DNA from: an uncultured Phycisphaerales bacterium
GTDB lineage: Bacteria > Planctomycetota > Phycisphaerae > Tepidisphaerales > Tepidisphaeraceae
Reading direction: 5' to 3'
Assembly: GCA_963844715.1 (NCBI GenBank)
Contig: CAWJPJ010000006.1
Coordinates: forward strand, 160,001-224,000
DNA length: 64,000 nt
Positions 53,549-63,404 of the stretch are shown piece after piece. Both the position numbers and the translations under genes were made by a program. Positions within the stretch are counted from its first letter, which is position 1; every line of letters starts with the position of its first letter. The notes under the pieces were generated by a model that saw only the letters and a list, made by a program, of their open reading frames with translations, searched no databases and was not told where the DNA came from.

Positions 53549-54632
53549 ACAAAACCCCGTTCCTCGAAGCCGTCAAGGACCGCGCCTGCGCCCGCGGTCT
53601 CGACCTCGAGATCTGCCATGTCGGCAAGATGATGTACGAAGAAGCCCCCGACGTTCCCGCCGGCAGAATCCTCAATCTCCCCATCACCCGCCTGAATGCC
53701 CTGCTCGCGCCGTCTTCCGCGAAATTCACTCGATCGCGCAAAAGCACGAGCATCTGATCATCAACTCCCACGCCACCTTTCGCTGGCGCCACGGCTTATT
53801 CGCCGCCTTCGATTTCGATCAGATCAAAACCCTCAACCCGGACGTTTACATCACCCTCCTCGACAACGCCGAGTCCGTCCATCAGCGCCTTCTGCGGGAT
53901 AATGGCGATCTCGATCATTCGCTCAAGGACATCATGGTCTGGCGCGAGGAGGAGATGCTTGCCACCGAAATCATCGCCAACATCACGCGCGGCTTCGGCC
54001 ATTTCTTTGTCCTCGCCCGCGGCCGTCACGACGAAACCATCCCCACTCTCGACGATCTCCTCTTCCAACCCGCCAAGCGCAAGGTCTATCTCAGTTTCCC
54101 CATGACCCATGTCATGGATCAGCCTGCGACTCTGGAAAAAATCGCCGCCTTCCAAAAGGAAATGGCCCGCCACTTTATTTGCTTCAATCCCGGCGACGTC
54201 GACGAAATGCTGCTGCATATCAGCGCCGTCCGCGCCCTCGAGGCCGGCGAATCCACCATCGAAGCCACCGGCCCGCACGGGCCGATCACCCTGAAAACCA
54301 GCGAAGTCGCCCAGATCAGCTCCGACATCCTCGGCCAGACTTACGCCCGCGATTTCAAAATGATCGACCAATCCGACATGATTGTCAGCCTCATCCCCGA
54401 ACTCCCCAACGGCAAACCCGCCATCTCCAGCGGCGTGGAACGCGAACTCCACCACGCTTTCGAGGCCGGCAAAGAAGTCTTCGTCATCTGGACCTGCAAA
54501 AGCGTCCCCAGCCCCTTCGTCACCAAAACCGCCACAAGAGTCTTCAATTCCGTCGAAGAACTAACTCGCGAACTACTCGGCGACCAGAAGCCCCAACCCG
54601 GCCCCCAAAAACAACTAAAAACCGCCCAATAA
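53515..54632 (+). CDS. P-loop NMP-kinase-like domain fused to nucleoside 2-deoxyribosyltransferase-like domain, frameshift near 53705
   Basis: SGQVGVDKT, HATFRW and WREEE; then VYLSFPMT, D..MIDQSD and SSGVEREL. Confidence 0.7.
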
Positions 54633-54687
54633 CTCGCCCACGGCGGCCTACCCATTGACTGATTCAGACATTCTGATTTGATTCCAG

Positions 54688-54722
54688 TTTCTAGTCTCTA
54701 GTTTCTAGCCTCTAGTTTCTAG
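54688..54722 (+). repeat. Five tandem heptamers (YYTCTAG)
   Basis: TTTCTAG TCTCTAG TTTCTAG CCTCTAG TTTCTAG. Confidence 0.85.
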
Positions 54723-55607
54723 GGCCTGTCTGATGAATCGCTTTTGGTTATAAATAGCGGTTTTCAGACGAGGTGTCACGGATGCGACGTTATGAGCTCA
54801 CGGATGAGCAGTACGAGTTGATCGGCGATCTGCTGCCCGGCAACGGCAAGCGCGGCGGGCAGTGGAACGACCACCGCACCACGCTCAACGGCATGTTCTG
54901 GATTCTGCACTCGGGCGCTCAATGGCGCGAGATGCCCGAACGTTACGGCAGATGGCAAAGCGTCTACGACCGCTTCAACCGCTGGAGAAAGGACGGAACG
55001 ATTGATCGAATCCTCCAGCGGCTGCAGATGAGGTTGGACAAGCAAGGACGAATCGACTGGGACCTGTGGTGCATCGACGGCACCAATGTGCGAGCCAGTC
55101 GATCCGCCGCCGGAGCCAGAAAATCAAAACCGCCCCGGAAGAACCGGCGGATCACGCGTTGGGCCGCAGCCGAGGCGGGTGGGGCAGCAAGCTCCACCTG
55201 GTTACTGACGGCCAGGGAGTTCCGCTCGCCGTCGAGGCCAGCGCCGGCCAATGCCACGAGAGCCGGTACGTGGAGCCGGTGATGAACGCGATGCGCATCG
55301 GTCGCCGCCGTCGTCGCCCCAGGAGGCTGGCGGGCGACAAGGGATACAGTTACGGAAATGTGCGGCGATGGCTGCGTCGCCACCGAATCCAAGCGGTGAT
55401 CCCGGCGAAATCGAATCAGCCGCCGCAGGAGAACTTTGATCGCAAGGCGTATCGCCGACGGAACGTGGTGGAGCGTTGCGTGAATTGGATGAAGGAGAAT
55501 CGCCGCCTGGGCACGCGTTACGAGAAACTGGCGGTGAACTTTCAGGCCATGGCCAAGCTCGCCATGATCCGTCGCTATTTCAGGATTTTGGATTCATCAG
55601 ACAGGCC
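54723..55607 (+). mobile_element. IS5-family insertion sequence (885 bp)
   Basis: Perfect 17-bp terminal inverted repeats GGCCTGTCTGATGAATC; CTAG duplicated at 54719-54722 and 55608-55611. Confidence 0.95.
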
Positions 55608-55611
55608 CTAG
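54782..55611 (+). CDS. IS5-family transposase in two ORFs joined by a -1 frameshift near 55120-55130
   Basis: G.QWR..P.RYG.W.SVY.RF.RW, IDGT, GRSRGG..SK.H, AGDKGY and YRRRN.VER motifs. Confidence 0.92.
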
Positions 55612-55613
55612 TT

Positions 55614-56657
55614 ATGCTTTCCCTATCCGTGCCACGTCGCGACCCCACGCTCCTGCTCTGCCTCCTGGCGGCCCTGGCCGTCCATGGCGCAATTCTCGCG
55701 GCCGGCAATCGTCAGTTCCGCGCCAACCTAGGCTGGGAACTCGCCACCTCCCTCGCCCAGGCCCGGCCCCCCGCCGTCATCGCTCCCGTCCCCCGTCCCC
55801 CCGAATCCGACCAAGACCTCGGCGAAGCCAAAGGCACCGGAAAATCGATTAACTCCCTCCAGGGCGACACCCCCATGCAATCCGCAGTAGCCGACGCCGA
55901 GCAGGAACAAGCCATGGCCACCCGAGACTCCGGCTTCGGCAAGCCCTCCCGCGCCCGCCCACTGGTCCAAGCCCTTCAGGGCAGCAACCCGACCAATCCC
56001 GCCATCGCTCAACCCAAGGACATAACCTCGCCCCCGGCCCCGCGATCCGTGCGCCCGCCGCCGCCCCTGGCCCTCGTTGATCCCAAAGCCCCCGCGAACC
56101 TCTCGCCTTCGCCTAATCCTTTGGATGCCGGCCCCCTCGCGGCCAAGCCCATGCCCCCCGCGCCGCAGACTCCGCCCCAGCCGCAGGCCCAGCAGAAACC
56201 CGATCAAAACCCCGCGCAAAATCCCGACCAAACCCAATCCCCCGCCCAACCCCAGCAGCAGCAGCAAAATCCCTCCGCCGCCGCCCCCGGCGGCAAGCCC
56301 GAACCCCAGGCCACTTTCGAATCCACACCCGTCACCACCATCGCCAGTAATTACGTCGCCGGCAGAATCATCGCCCGCCCCGGCCGCAGGTTCATCACTC
56401 GCCAGCTCCCCGACCTCACCGACGCCGAACTCTACATCGATCTCCCCTCGCTCCCCCACGCCGTCGTAGGCCTGCAAATAAAAATCGCCGAAACCGGCGA
56501 AGTCACCGACGTCCAGGTCGTACACAGTTGCGGCAGCGCCGGCGTAGACGACGCCTGCCAACGCGCCGCCGCGACCTGGTGGTTCGAACCCAAAATAGAC
56601 CCGGAGACCGGCAAAGCCGTCCCCGATGAAATCCTTTTCGCGATTCGATTTAAATAA
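55614..56657 (+). CDS. TonB-family energy transducer
   Basis: N-terminal TM with conserved His, Pro/Gln-rich linker, TonB_C-like end (G.V.DV.V..S.G...D..C..AA..W.F.P). Confidence 0.8.
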   Translation: MLSLSVPRRDPTLLLCLLAALAVHGAILAAGNRQFRANLGWELATSLAQARPPAVIAPVPRPPESDQDLGEAKGTGKSINSLQGDTPMQSAVADAEQEQAMATRDSGFGKPSRARPLVQALQGSNPTNPAIAQPKDITSPPAPRSVRPPPPLALVDPKAPANLSPSPNPLDAGPLAAKPMPPAPQTPPQPQAQQKPDQNPAQNPDQTQSPAQPQQQQQNPSAAAPGGKPEPQATFESTPVTTIASNYVAGRIIARPGRRFITRQLPDLTDAELYIDLPSLPHAVVGLQIKIAETGEVTDVQVVHSCGSAGVDDACQRAAATWWFEPKIDPETGKAVPDEILFAIRFK

Positions 56658-56664
56658 GATTATT

Positions 56665-56777
56665 AACCGCCAAGCCGCCAAGCACGCCAAGACCAGAACG
56701 CCAAAAATCAATTCCTAATTTTAATCTCCAATCAACTTGGCGGAATTTATCTTGGCGTCCTCGGCGGCTTGGCGGTT
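56665..56777. repeat. Palindromic AACCGCCAAG... element
   Basis: CGCCAAG units on a 9-nt period with inverted CTTGGCG units, between convergent genes. Confidence 0.75.
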
Positions 56778-56807
56778 TTATCATCTTATTTGACCGATCG
56801 ACACGGC

Positions 56808-57469
56808 CTACTGAAGCAAAAACACCCGCACCATCCCCGGTCCATGCACCCCCTGCACCATCACCGCCTCGATATCCGCCGTCTGCGATGGCCCCGTGAT
56901 GATCGAAACCGCCCCCCCCGGATCCTCCCCCTTCATCTTCTCAAATAGATCCAGCAAATCCGCCACAATATTCTTCGGCTCGACAATCGCCACATGAATG
57001 GGCGGAATCAGTGAAAGCGCCCGCCCATGCCGCGGGTCAGGCCGAATCACCAAACTTCCCGTCTCGGCGACCGCCGCCCATACATCGGTAATCCCGCAAT
57101 CCAACTCGTACGTCTCGTCCAGGGTTATCTCGCTCCAAAAAGTAGCATCCAACCCCGCCCCGCGCAATACCGCGGGCAAATTCAATTGATCAAACAAATC
57201 GGTGTTCGTCAGACTCACCCGATGGCAGTTCTTCGATTTCAGAAACTCCAGCAATTTCCCCGCCAGTTCATCCGGCGCGACCGATTCAACAACAAACTTC
57301 GCCGCCTTGGCGGTCTTCAAATAAAGATCGGCCAGCCGAATATCCGAATGCACCAGCCGGGTAATCGGCTCGTCAATCGCCGGCGGCACCGGCGCAACCT
57401 TCAGCGGCTCACGACGCCCCAGCCCCGGCGAACCGACGCGATCCAATCTTTTTCCGCCGGCGCCGTCAT
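56808..57469 (-). CDS. lutC: Lactate utilisation protein C (LUD domain), N-terminal frameshift
   Basis: GIT....VAETGS, SL.PP.H, ITGPS.TADIE...V.GVHGP. Confidence 0.85.
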
Positions 57470-58887
57470 GATTTCTTTCGTTCCTCCCACAAGTCATGAA
57501 ACGACTTCGCCGCTGGCGCGGGCAAATCCCTGATCTGCGTCCACCCCGAGACCGGTCCCGGCAATCGATGCACCCACCCCGTCTCCTCCGCGCGCCGCCG
57601 CAAATCCCACCGCTGAATCCCCCCGATCTTGCGGTACACCCATGGACTCTTCATCCCTTTCGCCCAAAGCCGATACAGCATTCGCTCAAAAAACCCGTTC
57701 AAATGCCGCCGCGAGATATCCCGCCGCAGTTGGACCAGGTGTTTCGGAATATCAATCTTCACCGGGCAAGCCTGATAGCAAGCCCCGCAGAGCGAACTGG
57801 CCTGCGGCAAATCCTTGTACTCCTTCAATCCCCCCAGCAGGGGACTCAGCAGCGCCCCGATCGGCCCCGGATAAACGCTCCCATACGCATGCCCCCCGAT
57901 CCCCCGAAAAATGGGGCACACGTTCAAACACGCCCCGCACCGAATGCACCGCAGAATCTCGCGATATTCCGGATTCGCGAGGATCTCCGTCCGCCCATTA
58001 TCCAGCAGAACCAGATGAAATTCCTCCGGCCCGTCCTTTTCCCCCGCCCGACGCGGCCCGCCGAAAATATTCGTGTAAACCGTCATCGATTGCCCCGTCG
58101 AACTCCGCGCCAAAAGCTTGATCATCACCGCCAGATCGCTCATCCGCGGCACAACCTTCTCAATCCCCACCAGACTCACCAAAATCCGCGGCGTAGTCAG
58201 AGACTGCCGCGCATTCCCCTCGTTCTCCACCACGCAAACCTGCCCCGTCTCGGCCACAAGAAAATTTCCCCCCGTCATCCCCAAATCCGCGCGGCGGAAT
58301 TTATCGCGCAAAAACACCCGCGCCTGCTGCGTCAAGGTAGGCGGATCATCGTTGTAAGGCGTCCCAAAATATTTACTGAACACCGTTGCGATCGACTTGC
58401 GATCCTTATGAATAATCGGCGCCACCAGATGGCTCGGCCGATCATGGCTCACCTGCACAATGAACTCCCCCAGATCCGTCTCAACAACATCGAGTTTCGC
58501 CTTCTCCAATTCATGCGTCAGCTCAATCTCCTCGCTGGCCATCGACTTGCTCTTGATGATCTTTTTGGATTTCGTCCTGGCGATGATGTCGAAGATAATC
58601 TGGCGCGCCTCGGCCCCGTCCTTGGCGAAATGAACGTGTCCCCCATTCCGCTCGACCGCGCTCTTAAACTGATCGAGATAATAATCCAAATAATCCAGCG
58701 TATGCTGCTTGATCGCCGCCCCGTGCGCTCGAAGCCCCTGCACATCCGGCAATTCCGCCCACCGCAGTTCGCGCCCCTCCTGTTTGCGATACGTGTTATT
58801 GATGACCGCCATGCGCAGCCGCTTATCCGCCGCCCCCTTGGCGGCCCCCTCCTGAAAATCAACCTTTGGCAGTCCGATCGATCCCAT
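57466..58887 (-). CDS. lutB: Lactate utilisation protein B (Fe-S)
   Basis: KSKSM..EE, ETDLGE, CIRCGACLNVCP, YPGPIG, SSLCGAC...CPVKI. Confidence 0.95.
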   Translation of the reverse strand: MGSIGLPKVDFQEGAAKGAADKRLRMAVINNTYRKQEGRELRWAELPDVQGLRAHGAAIKQHTLDYLDYYLDQFKSAVERNGGHVHFAKDGAEARQIIFDIIARTKSKKIIKSKSMASEEIELTHELEKAKLDVVETDLGEFIVQVSHDRPSHLVAPIIHKDRKSIATVFSKYFGTPYNDDPPTLTQQARVFLRDKFRRADLGMTGGNFLVAETGQVCVVENEGNARQSLTTPRILVSLVGIEKVVPRMSDLAVMIKLLARSSTGQSMTVYTNIFGGPRRAGEKDGPEEFHLVLLDNGRTEILANPEYREILRCIRCGACLNVCPIFRGIGGHAYGSVYPGPIGALLSPLLGGLKEYKDLPQASSLCGACYQACPVKIDIPKHLVQLRRDISRRHLNGFFERMLYRLWAKGMKSPWVYRKIGGIQRWDLRRRAEETGWVHRLPGPVSGWTQIRDLPAPAAKSFHDLWEERKKS

Positions 58888-58890
58888 TAA

Positions 58891-59697
58891 TCACCACCGC
58901 TCCAAATCCAAATCCAGCGCCTCCGCCAGCAACTCCGCCAGATGTACGACGCGAGTGTCCATTCCCCGCCGACGGCACATCCCCGAAATATTCATCGTGC
59001 ACCCCGCGTCATTGCATACCACCATCTCCGCTCCGCTCTTGGCAATGCAATCCGTCTTATCCTCCACAATCGCGCCGCTCACAACCGGATATTTCACCGC
59101 AAAAGTCCCCCCAAACCCGCAGCACTGATCGGTCCGCTCCAATGGCAACAACTTCACATTCCCCAGCTCCCGCAAAATCCGCGGCGCCTGGGGAGAAATC
59201 CCCAGCCCCCGCAAATGGCAAGTATAGTGATACGCGATCGTGCGTTCCCGCTTCAGCTCCAACGCCGAAACGTCCACCTTCAAAACCTTGTCCAAAAACT
59301 CCACGAACTCAAAAGTCTTATGCGCCGTCTCTGACACCGCCGGATCATCCTTAATCAACTCCGGATAATGCTCCCGCACCATCGAGCAGCAGGACCCGCT
59401 GGGGCTAACGATGTATTGGTACGGCTTGAAAATCTCCACCCACCGCCGAGCCAAATCCCGCGCCTCCCGAGAATAGCCATTGTTGTACATCGGCTGCCCG
59501 CAGCAAGTCTGCTTCCCGGGGAAGTGCACCTCACACCCAAAATGCTCGATAATTTTCGTGACCGCCATGCCCACGCGCGGAAAAAACTGATCCGTCAAAC
59601 AAGTAACAAACAAAGCAACCCGAGGCTTGCCAGGTTTAACCCCCTCTTTCGGTATTCCGAGAGAGGGCAGGGGTGAGCGCAATTCATCATTCATCAT
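58891..59697 (-). CDS. lutA: Lactate utilisation protein A (CCG domains)
   Basis: LFVTCL.D, QTCCGQP, SGSC, H..CH, CCGFGGTF.VK. Confidence 0.93.
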   Translation of the reverse strand: MMNDELRSPLPSLGIPKEGVKPGKPRVALFVTCLTDQFFPRVGMAVTKIIEHFGCEVHFPGKQTCCGQPMYNNGYSREARDLARRWVEIFKPYQYIVSPSGSCCSMVREHYPELIKDDPAVSETAHKTFEFVEFLDKVLKVDVSALELKRERTIAYHYTCHLRGLGISPQAPRILRELGNVKLLPLERTDQCCGFGGTFAVKYPVVSGAIVEDKTDCIAKSGAEMVVCNDAGCTMNISGMCRRRGMDTRVVHLAELLAEALDLDLERW

Positions 59698-59750
59698 TCA
59701 CCGTTAATTCGCCCCTCACCCTATCCCTCTCCCCGAGTACAGGGAGAGGG
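59642..59750. repeat. Composite repeat: CCCTCACCC/CCCTCTCCC...GGGAGAGGG palindromes and TTCATCA heptamers
   Basis: Direct reading of the sequence; related to 26079-26129. Confidence 0.65.
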
Positions 59751-59757
59751 TAATAGC

Positions 59758-60309
59758 TCAAGGCGTAGGAGGATACTTACTCAGCTTTCGTTGCAGCGAC
59801 CGCCGATGAATCCCCAGCACTCGCGCCGCCTGCGAAATATTCCCCCCGCAATCCGTCAGAATGCGCTGGATATGCTCCCATTCGACGTGCGCCAGCGAAG
59901 GCGCCGTCTGCGGCGGTGGGGGGGCCATCTCGCCGGCGCGGTCAAACGCCGCCAAAATCTGGTCCGCATCCGCCGGTTTAGTCAGGTAATCCGCCGCCCC
60001 GCGCCGCATCGCCTCCAGCGCCGTCGCGATGCTTCCATAACTCGTCAACACCACGATATCCATCTCCGAGTCGATCTCCAGAAGATCGCTCACCAGATCG
60101 ATCCCCGACCCGCCCGGCATCCGCAAATCCACCACAGCCCGGTCCGGCTTGAATCGCACCGCCGCCTCCAGCGCCTCCGCCGGCGACCCCGATCCCTGCG
60201 CCGCCAGTTTCCTGGCGCACAAAGCCGCCACCAGACGCTCGCGGAACGTCGCGTCGTCGTCCACGACCATGATTCTCAGTTTCGCTGTTTCGGTAAGCGT
60301 CGTAGTCAT
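59758..60309 (-). CDS. RegA/PrrA/ActR-type response regulator
   Basis: REC domain plus SL..VEWEHIQR.L....GNIS.AAR.LG.HRRSLQRKL. Confidence 0.92.
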   Translation of the reverse strand: MTTTLTETAKLRIMVVDDDATFRERLVAALCARKLAAQGSGSPAEALEAAVRFKPDRAVVDLRMPGGSGIDLVSDLLEIDSEMDIVVLTSYGSIATALEAMRRGAADYLTKPADADQILAAFDRAGEMAPPPPQTAPSLAHVEWEHIQRILTDCGGNISQAARVLGIHRRSLQRKLSKYPPTP

Positions 60310-60328
60310 AACTCGCGCGCAGCCGGTT

Positions 60329-61618
60329 TCAATGCGCGGGCAATTCCAGGGTCGCACACGTCCCTTCGCCTGGACGGGATTCAAATCTCAATCTCCCGCC
60401 CAACTTTTCCGCCACCAGCCGCGCCAGGAACAGGCCGAGGCCCATCCCCTTTCCAGGCGGCTTGGTGGTGAAGAACGGTTCCCCGGCGCGGCGAGCCACT
60501 TCCTCGCTCATCCCGGGTCCCTGATCCCGCACGTCGAAGAATATATGCCCACCAGCCGCATGGATGCAAAGCCTCACCCCCTTGCCCCCCGGGGAAACAG
60601 CCAAGGCGTTGTCCACCAATATCGCCACCGCCTGCTGCACCGCACGCACGGGAAGCTCGATATTCGGCAGTTCCGCCGCGCATTCCACCCTCAAAACCTC
60701 CCGCACGCCAGGCTCCATACCCCCGATTAACGCCGCCAAAAATTCCTCCGCCGGCATCGCGCTCCGCTTCCGCCACTCCCCCTGAAGCACATCCACCCGC
60801 ATCCGCCCCAGGATCAACTGGCACCGGTCCACCTCCCGCCGGATCAGTTGCGCATCCTTCCCCACCCCATCCGCCTCCGGAAGCTGCTTGGATTGCACCT
60901 CCAACTCCCGCGCCACCACCGCAATCGTGCTCAGCGGCGTATTCAATTCGTGCGCCGCGCCAGCCGCCAACGTCGTCAGGGACGCAAGCTGTTCATTCCG
61001 CGCCGCCCGCTCCCGCGCATCGGCCAGTTCCCTCTCCCGCCGCCGAAGCGAGCGCGTCGTCCGCCCCACGAAATAGACGATGACGATCGCCACCAAAACC
61101 AGCGCCACCCAATCCGCCGCCGCTGCCGATTCCGGCGCAAGATGCAGCGCGTAAGGCGAAGGCCACAAAAATAGCAACCCATAACAAGCCGCCGTCGTCG
61201 CCACTACCAGCCAAGGCCAGTTATCGTCCAGAGTCACCACCGCCATCGCGACGTGCACCAGATAAAGCGCACTAAACGGATTGCTCGGGCCGCCGCTGCA
61301 AATCAGCAGAGCCGTCAAAAGCCCCACGTCCAGAATCAAAACCCCCGGCACCAGCCAACCCGGCGCAGCCGGCGCCGGCCGCGTCGTCCAAAAATGAATG
61401 ACGACGTTGCTCGCCAACGTCAGCAGAATGACCGATTCAATCGCCCCAAGGGGAAGTTTCAGTTTCAGGATGAAATACGCAACCAGAGTCGCGATAGTTT
61501 GCCCCGCCGCCGCCAGCCAGCGCAAACGCACCAGCCAGCGCAAAACGATCTGAGTCTCCTGCGCGGTTCCCCGCGCCAGGTCCGGCGTCGTCCATGCCTT
61601 GCTTGCCGACGCCGTCAC
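60329..61618 (-). CDS. RegB/PrrB-type sensor histidine kinase
   Basis: LRWLA..GQ, GG.SNPF, LAAGAAHELNTPL, RC..IL and GMGLGLF. Confidence 0.92.
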   Translation of the reverse strand: MTASASKAWTTPDLARGTAQETQIVLRWLVRLRWLAAAGQTIATLVAYFILKLKLPLGAIESVILLTLASNVVIHFWTTRPAPAAPGWLVPGVLILDVGLLTALLICSGGPSNPFSALYLVHVAMAVVTLDDNWPWLVVATTAACYGLLFLWPSPYALHLAPESAAAADWVALVLVAIVIVYFVGRTTRSLRRRERELADARERAARNEQLASLTTLAAGAAHELNTPLSTIAVVARELEVQSKQLPEADGVGKDAQLIRREVDRCQLILGRMRVDVLQGEWRKRSAMPAEEFLAALIGGMEPGVREVLRVECAAELPNIELPVRAVQQAVAILVDNALAVSPGGKGVRLCIHAAGGHIFFDVRDQGPGMSEEVARRAGEPFFTTKPPGKGMGLGLFLARLVAEKLGGRLRFESRPGEGTCATLELPAH

Positions 61619-62127
61619 CGAGGCTCCTCATACACCGCCGGGTCTTCCTTGTCCCCGACATGACGGATCATGGCCCGTCCGCTCGGCCAGAACGTCACGA
61701 AAAACATGAACGCGATCAAAGCCGGAAAAAGATTCGGCAGCAACTGATTCTGCACCAGGCACCCCGCCAGGCTGAACAACCCGCCTATTTCCAGCGTCAA
61801 CCAGATCAGCAGCATCCCGGAAAGATATTTCCCCGGCGACACGACTTCTCCCGTCCAATACGCCTTGAACACATTGCTCCGCGCAAAAAACGAAATCGGC
61901 CCCGCGACGAGCAAATAAATAATCGCCGCGATGAACCAGGTCTGATGCGCATGCGGAGACACCGTCACGCGCGATTCCGCATTCAGCGTCCAGACCACGT
62001 GCAAAAACATAAAGAACGGCGCCACCAGAAGCACCATCCAACAAACCCAGGCGATGCGAATAGCCGTCGCCGGCGACAAGCCCGAAACTCCCGATGGAAC
62101 ATGGGGATGGGAAGCCGATTCGCTCAT
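61615..62127 (-). CDS. Four-TM hypothetical membrane protein
   Basis: GGAG RBS, four hydrophobic segments, overlap with the kinase start. Confidence 0.7.
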   Translation of the reverse strand: MSESASHPHVPSGVSGLSPATAIRIAWVCWMVLLVAPFFMFLHVVWTLNAESRVTVSPHAHQTWFIAAIIYLLVAGPISFFARSNVFKAYWTGEVVSPGKYLSGMLLIWLTLEIGGLFSLAGCLVQNQLLPNLFPALIAFMFFVTFWPSGRAMIRHVGDKEDPAVYEEPR

Positions 62128-62263
62128 CTGATCGTCTCCTTGTTTGCTGCCGTCCGCTATTCCACATTGTACCTACTATTTCACCAGAATCGCATGCGGA
62201 AATTTCTTGATAACACAAGTAATGAGATAGAGAATTATTTCACACACTATATGGGGAGGCTAT

Positions 62264-62908
62264 ATGGATTGGGGCGAGGATCCGGGGGAGCAAGCTCCCC
62301 CGGCTTCGCAAAAGAAGAAAGGGTCCCCGTGGAACGGATGGTATCATTGCATCGTCCACACTTACGGGACTTGGTTGCCTGGCGACCCGCGGATTTCGCA
62401 CCGCCCATCATCGAGTACATGTCGAGGGCGATTACAAATCCCCACCGCCTCGCGGCACTTATGATCGCCTTCATAAGCACGTGAAAAACAAAATGCCGCG
62501 AGAGCCGGTATTTATCAAACCCGACCATCGCCGCCAAATTGCGCAATTCCTGGTCGACTACCTTTTGCGTCGAAACATTGACCTCGTCGCGCTGAGCGTC
62601 GACGCCACGCACTTTCACCTCCTCGGTCGTTTCCGCACAAGCGACCCCGAATACCCGATTGGAATCGCAAAGAGAGAAACCTCGTACTACGCCAAAGCCG
62701 CCCGCATTGCCCGCCCCGGCGGCCTATGGGCCATAGGCGGCAAATACCAACCCATCCGCGACCGCCAACACCAACTAGCCACGGTGCGATATATTTTAAA
62801 GCATCGCCAAAAGGCGCAGCCATCTGGTTCCAAGGAAAGCTCTCCCCTCCCCGCGAAGCCGGGGGAGCTTGCTCCCCCGGATCTCCCCCCGCCCCTCACC
62901 CCACGTAA
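62264..62908 (+). CDS. REP-associated tyrosine transposase (RAYT/TnpA-REP, Y1 HUH), frameshifted
   Basis: WYHCIVHTYGTWLPGDPR, HFH (HUH), LW and YILKH. Frameshifts near 62390 and 62810. Confidence 0.8.
62279..62309 (-). repeat. REP-like hairpin (left)
   Basis: Exact 31-nt reverse complement of 62853-62883; 10-bp stem CCGGGGGAGC. Confidence 0.88.
62853..62883 (+). repeat. REP-like hairpin (right)
   Basis: GC-GAAG-CCGGGGGAGC-TT-GCTCCCCCGG-ATC. Confidence 0.88.
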
Positions 62909-63383
62909 AAAAACGACAAGTGCAATTCCCCATGCCGAAGTGCCAGCTCGATCCACACCTCATGCGTCATCGCCCCAAACAACGGATTCGCCTCCATTGG
63001 CGCACCCGCCCGCAGCCGCGCATTGGCCGCCAGAAACTTCTTCAATCCCTCCTCCGTCGAAATCGCCTCCGTCCCAAACGTCCCGCCCGCTACGTTAGGA
63101 ATGCATTTCCCCGCTGGGATCGGCCCGCGCAGTAATCTCCCCTTCATTGGCCGGATCATCGCCTTGATATAAAACGGTACCTTCATCGGATACCCGTCAA
63201 ATCCAAAATTCGTCCACGCCGCCAAATGCCCCACGCCTGGCCCAAAGACCAATTCCCAAGTCGGTGCAATTTCCCCGCCGCATCCCCCTCCGCCAGAGCC
63301 CGTGCGTCCGCGTCCAACTGTGCGAGATCCGTAAAATGCAGTTCCCGCCGCCCCGTGACATTCCCCGTGTCGATGGTCCCCAT
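62896..63383 (-). CDS. DUF1569 (DinB-like) protein, frameshift near 63240
   Basis: RR.L.F, GNWSLGQ...HL, P.FG.MT...W..L.LRH.ELHLSF. Confidence 0.8.
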
Positions 63384-63404
63384 CCCCACATTATAAACCG
63401 CGAT

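Noticed and set aside
57496..58890. 464-aa plus-strand ORF and similar long antisense ORFs elsewhere
   Set aside because: Shadow frames of well-supported genes, as expected in high-GC DNA.
6828..63383. Mass pseudogenisation or programmed frameshifting
   Set aside because: Single-base indels hit many unrelated genes with intact motifs, often in GC runs, which fits long-read error. Only the IS5 shift is plausibly programmed. Read polishing is needed to decide individual cases.
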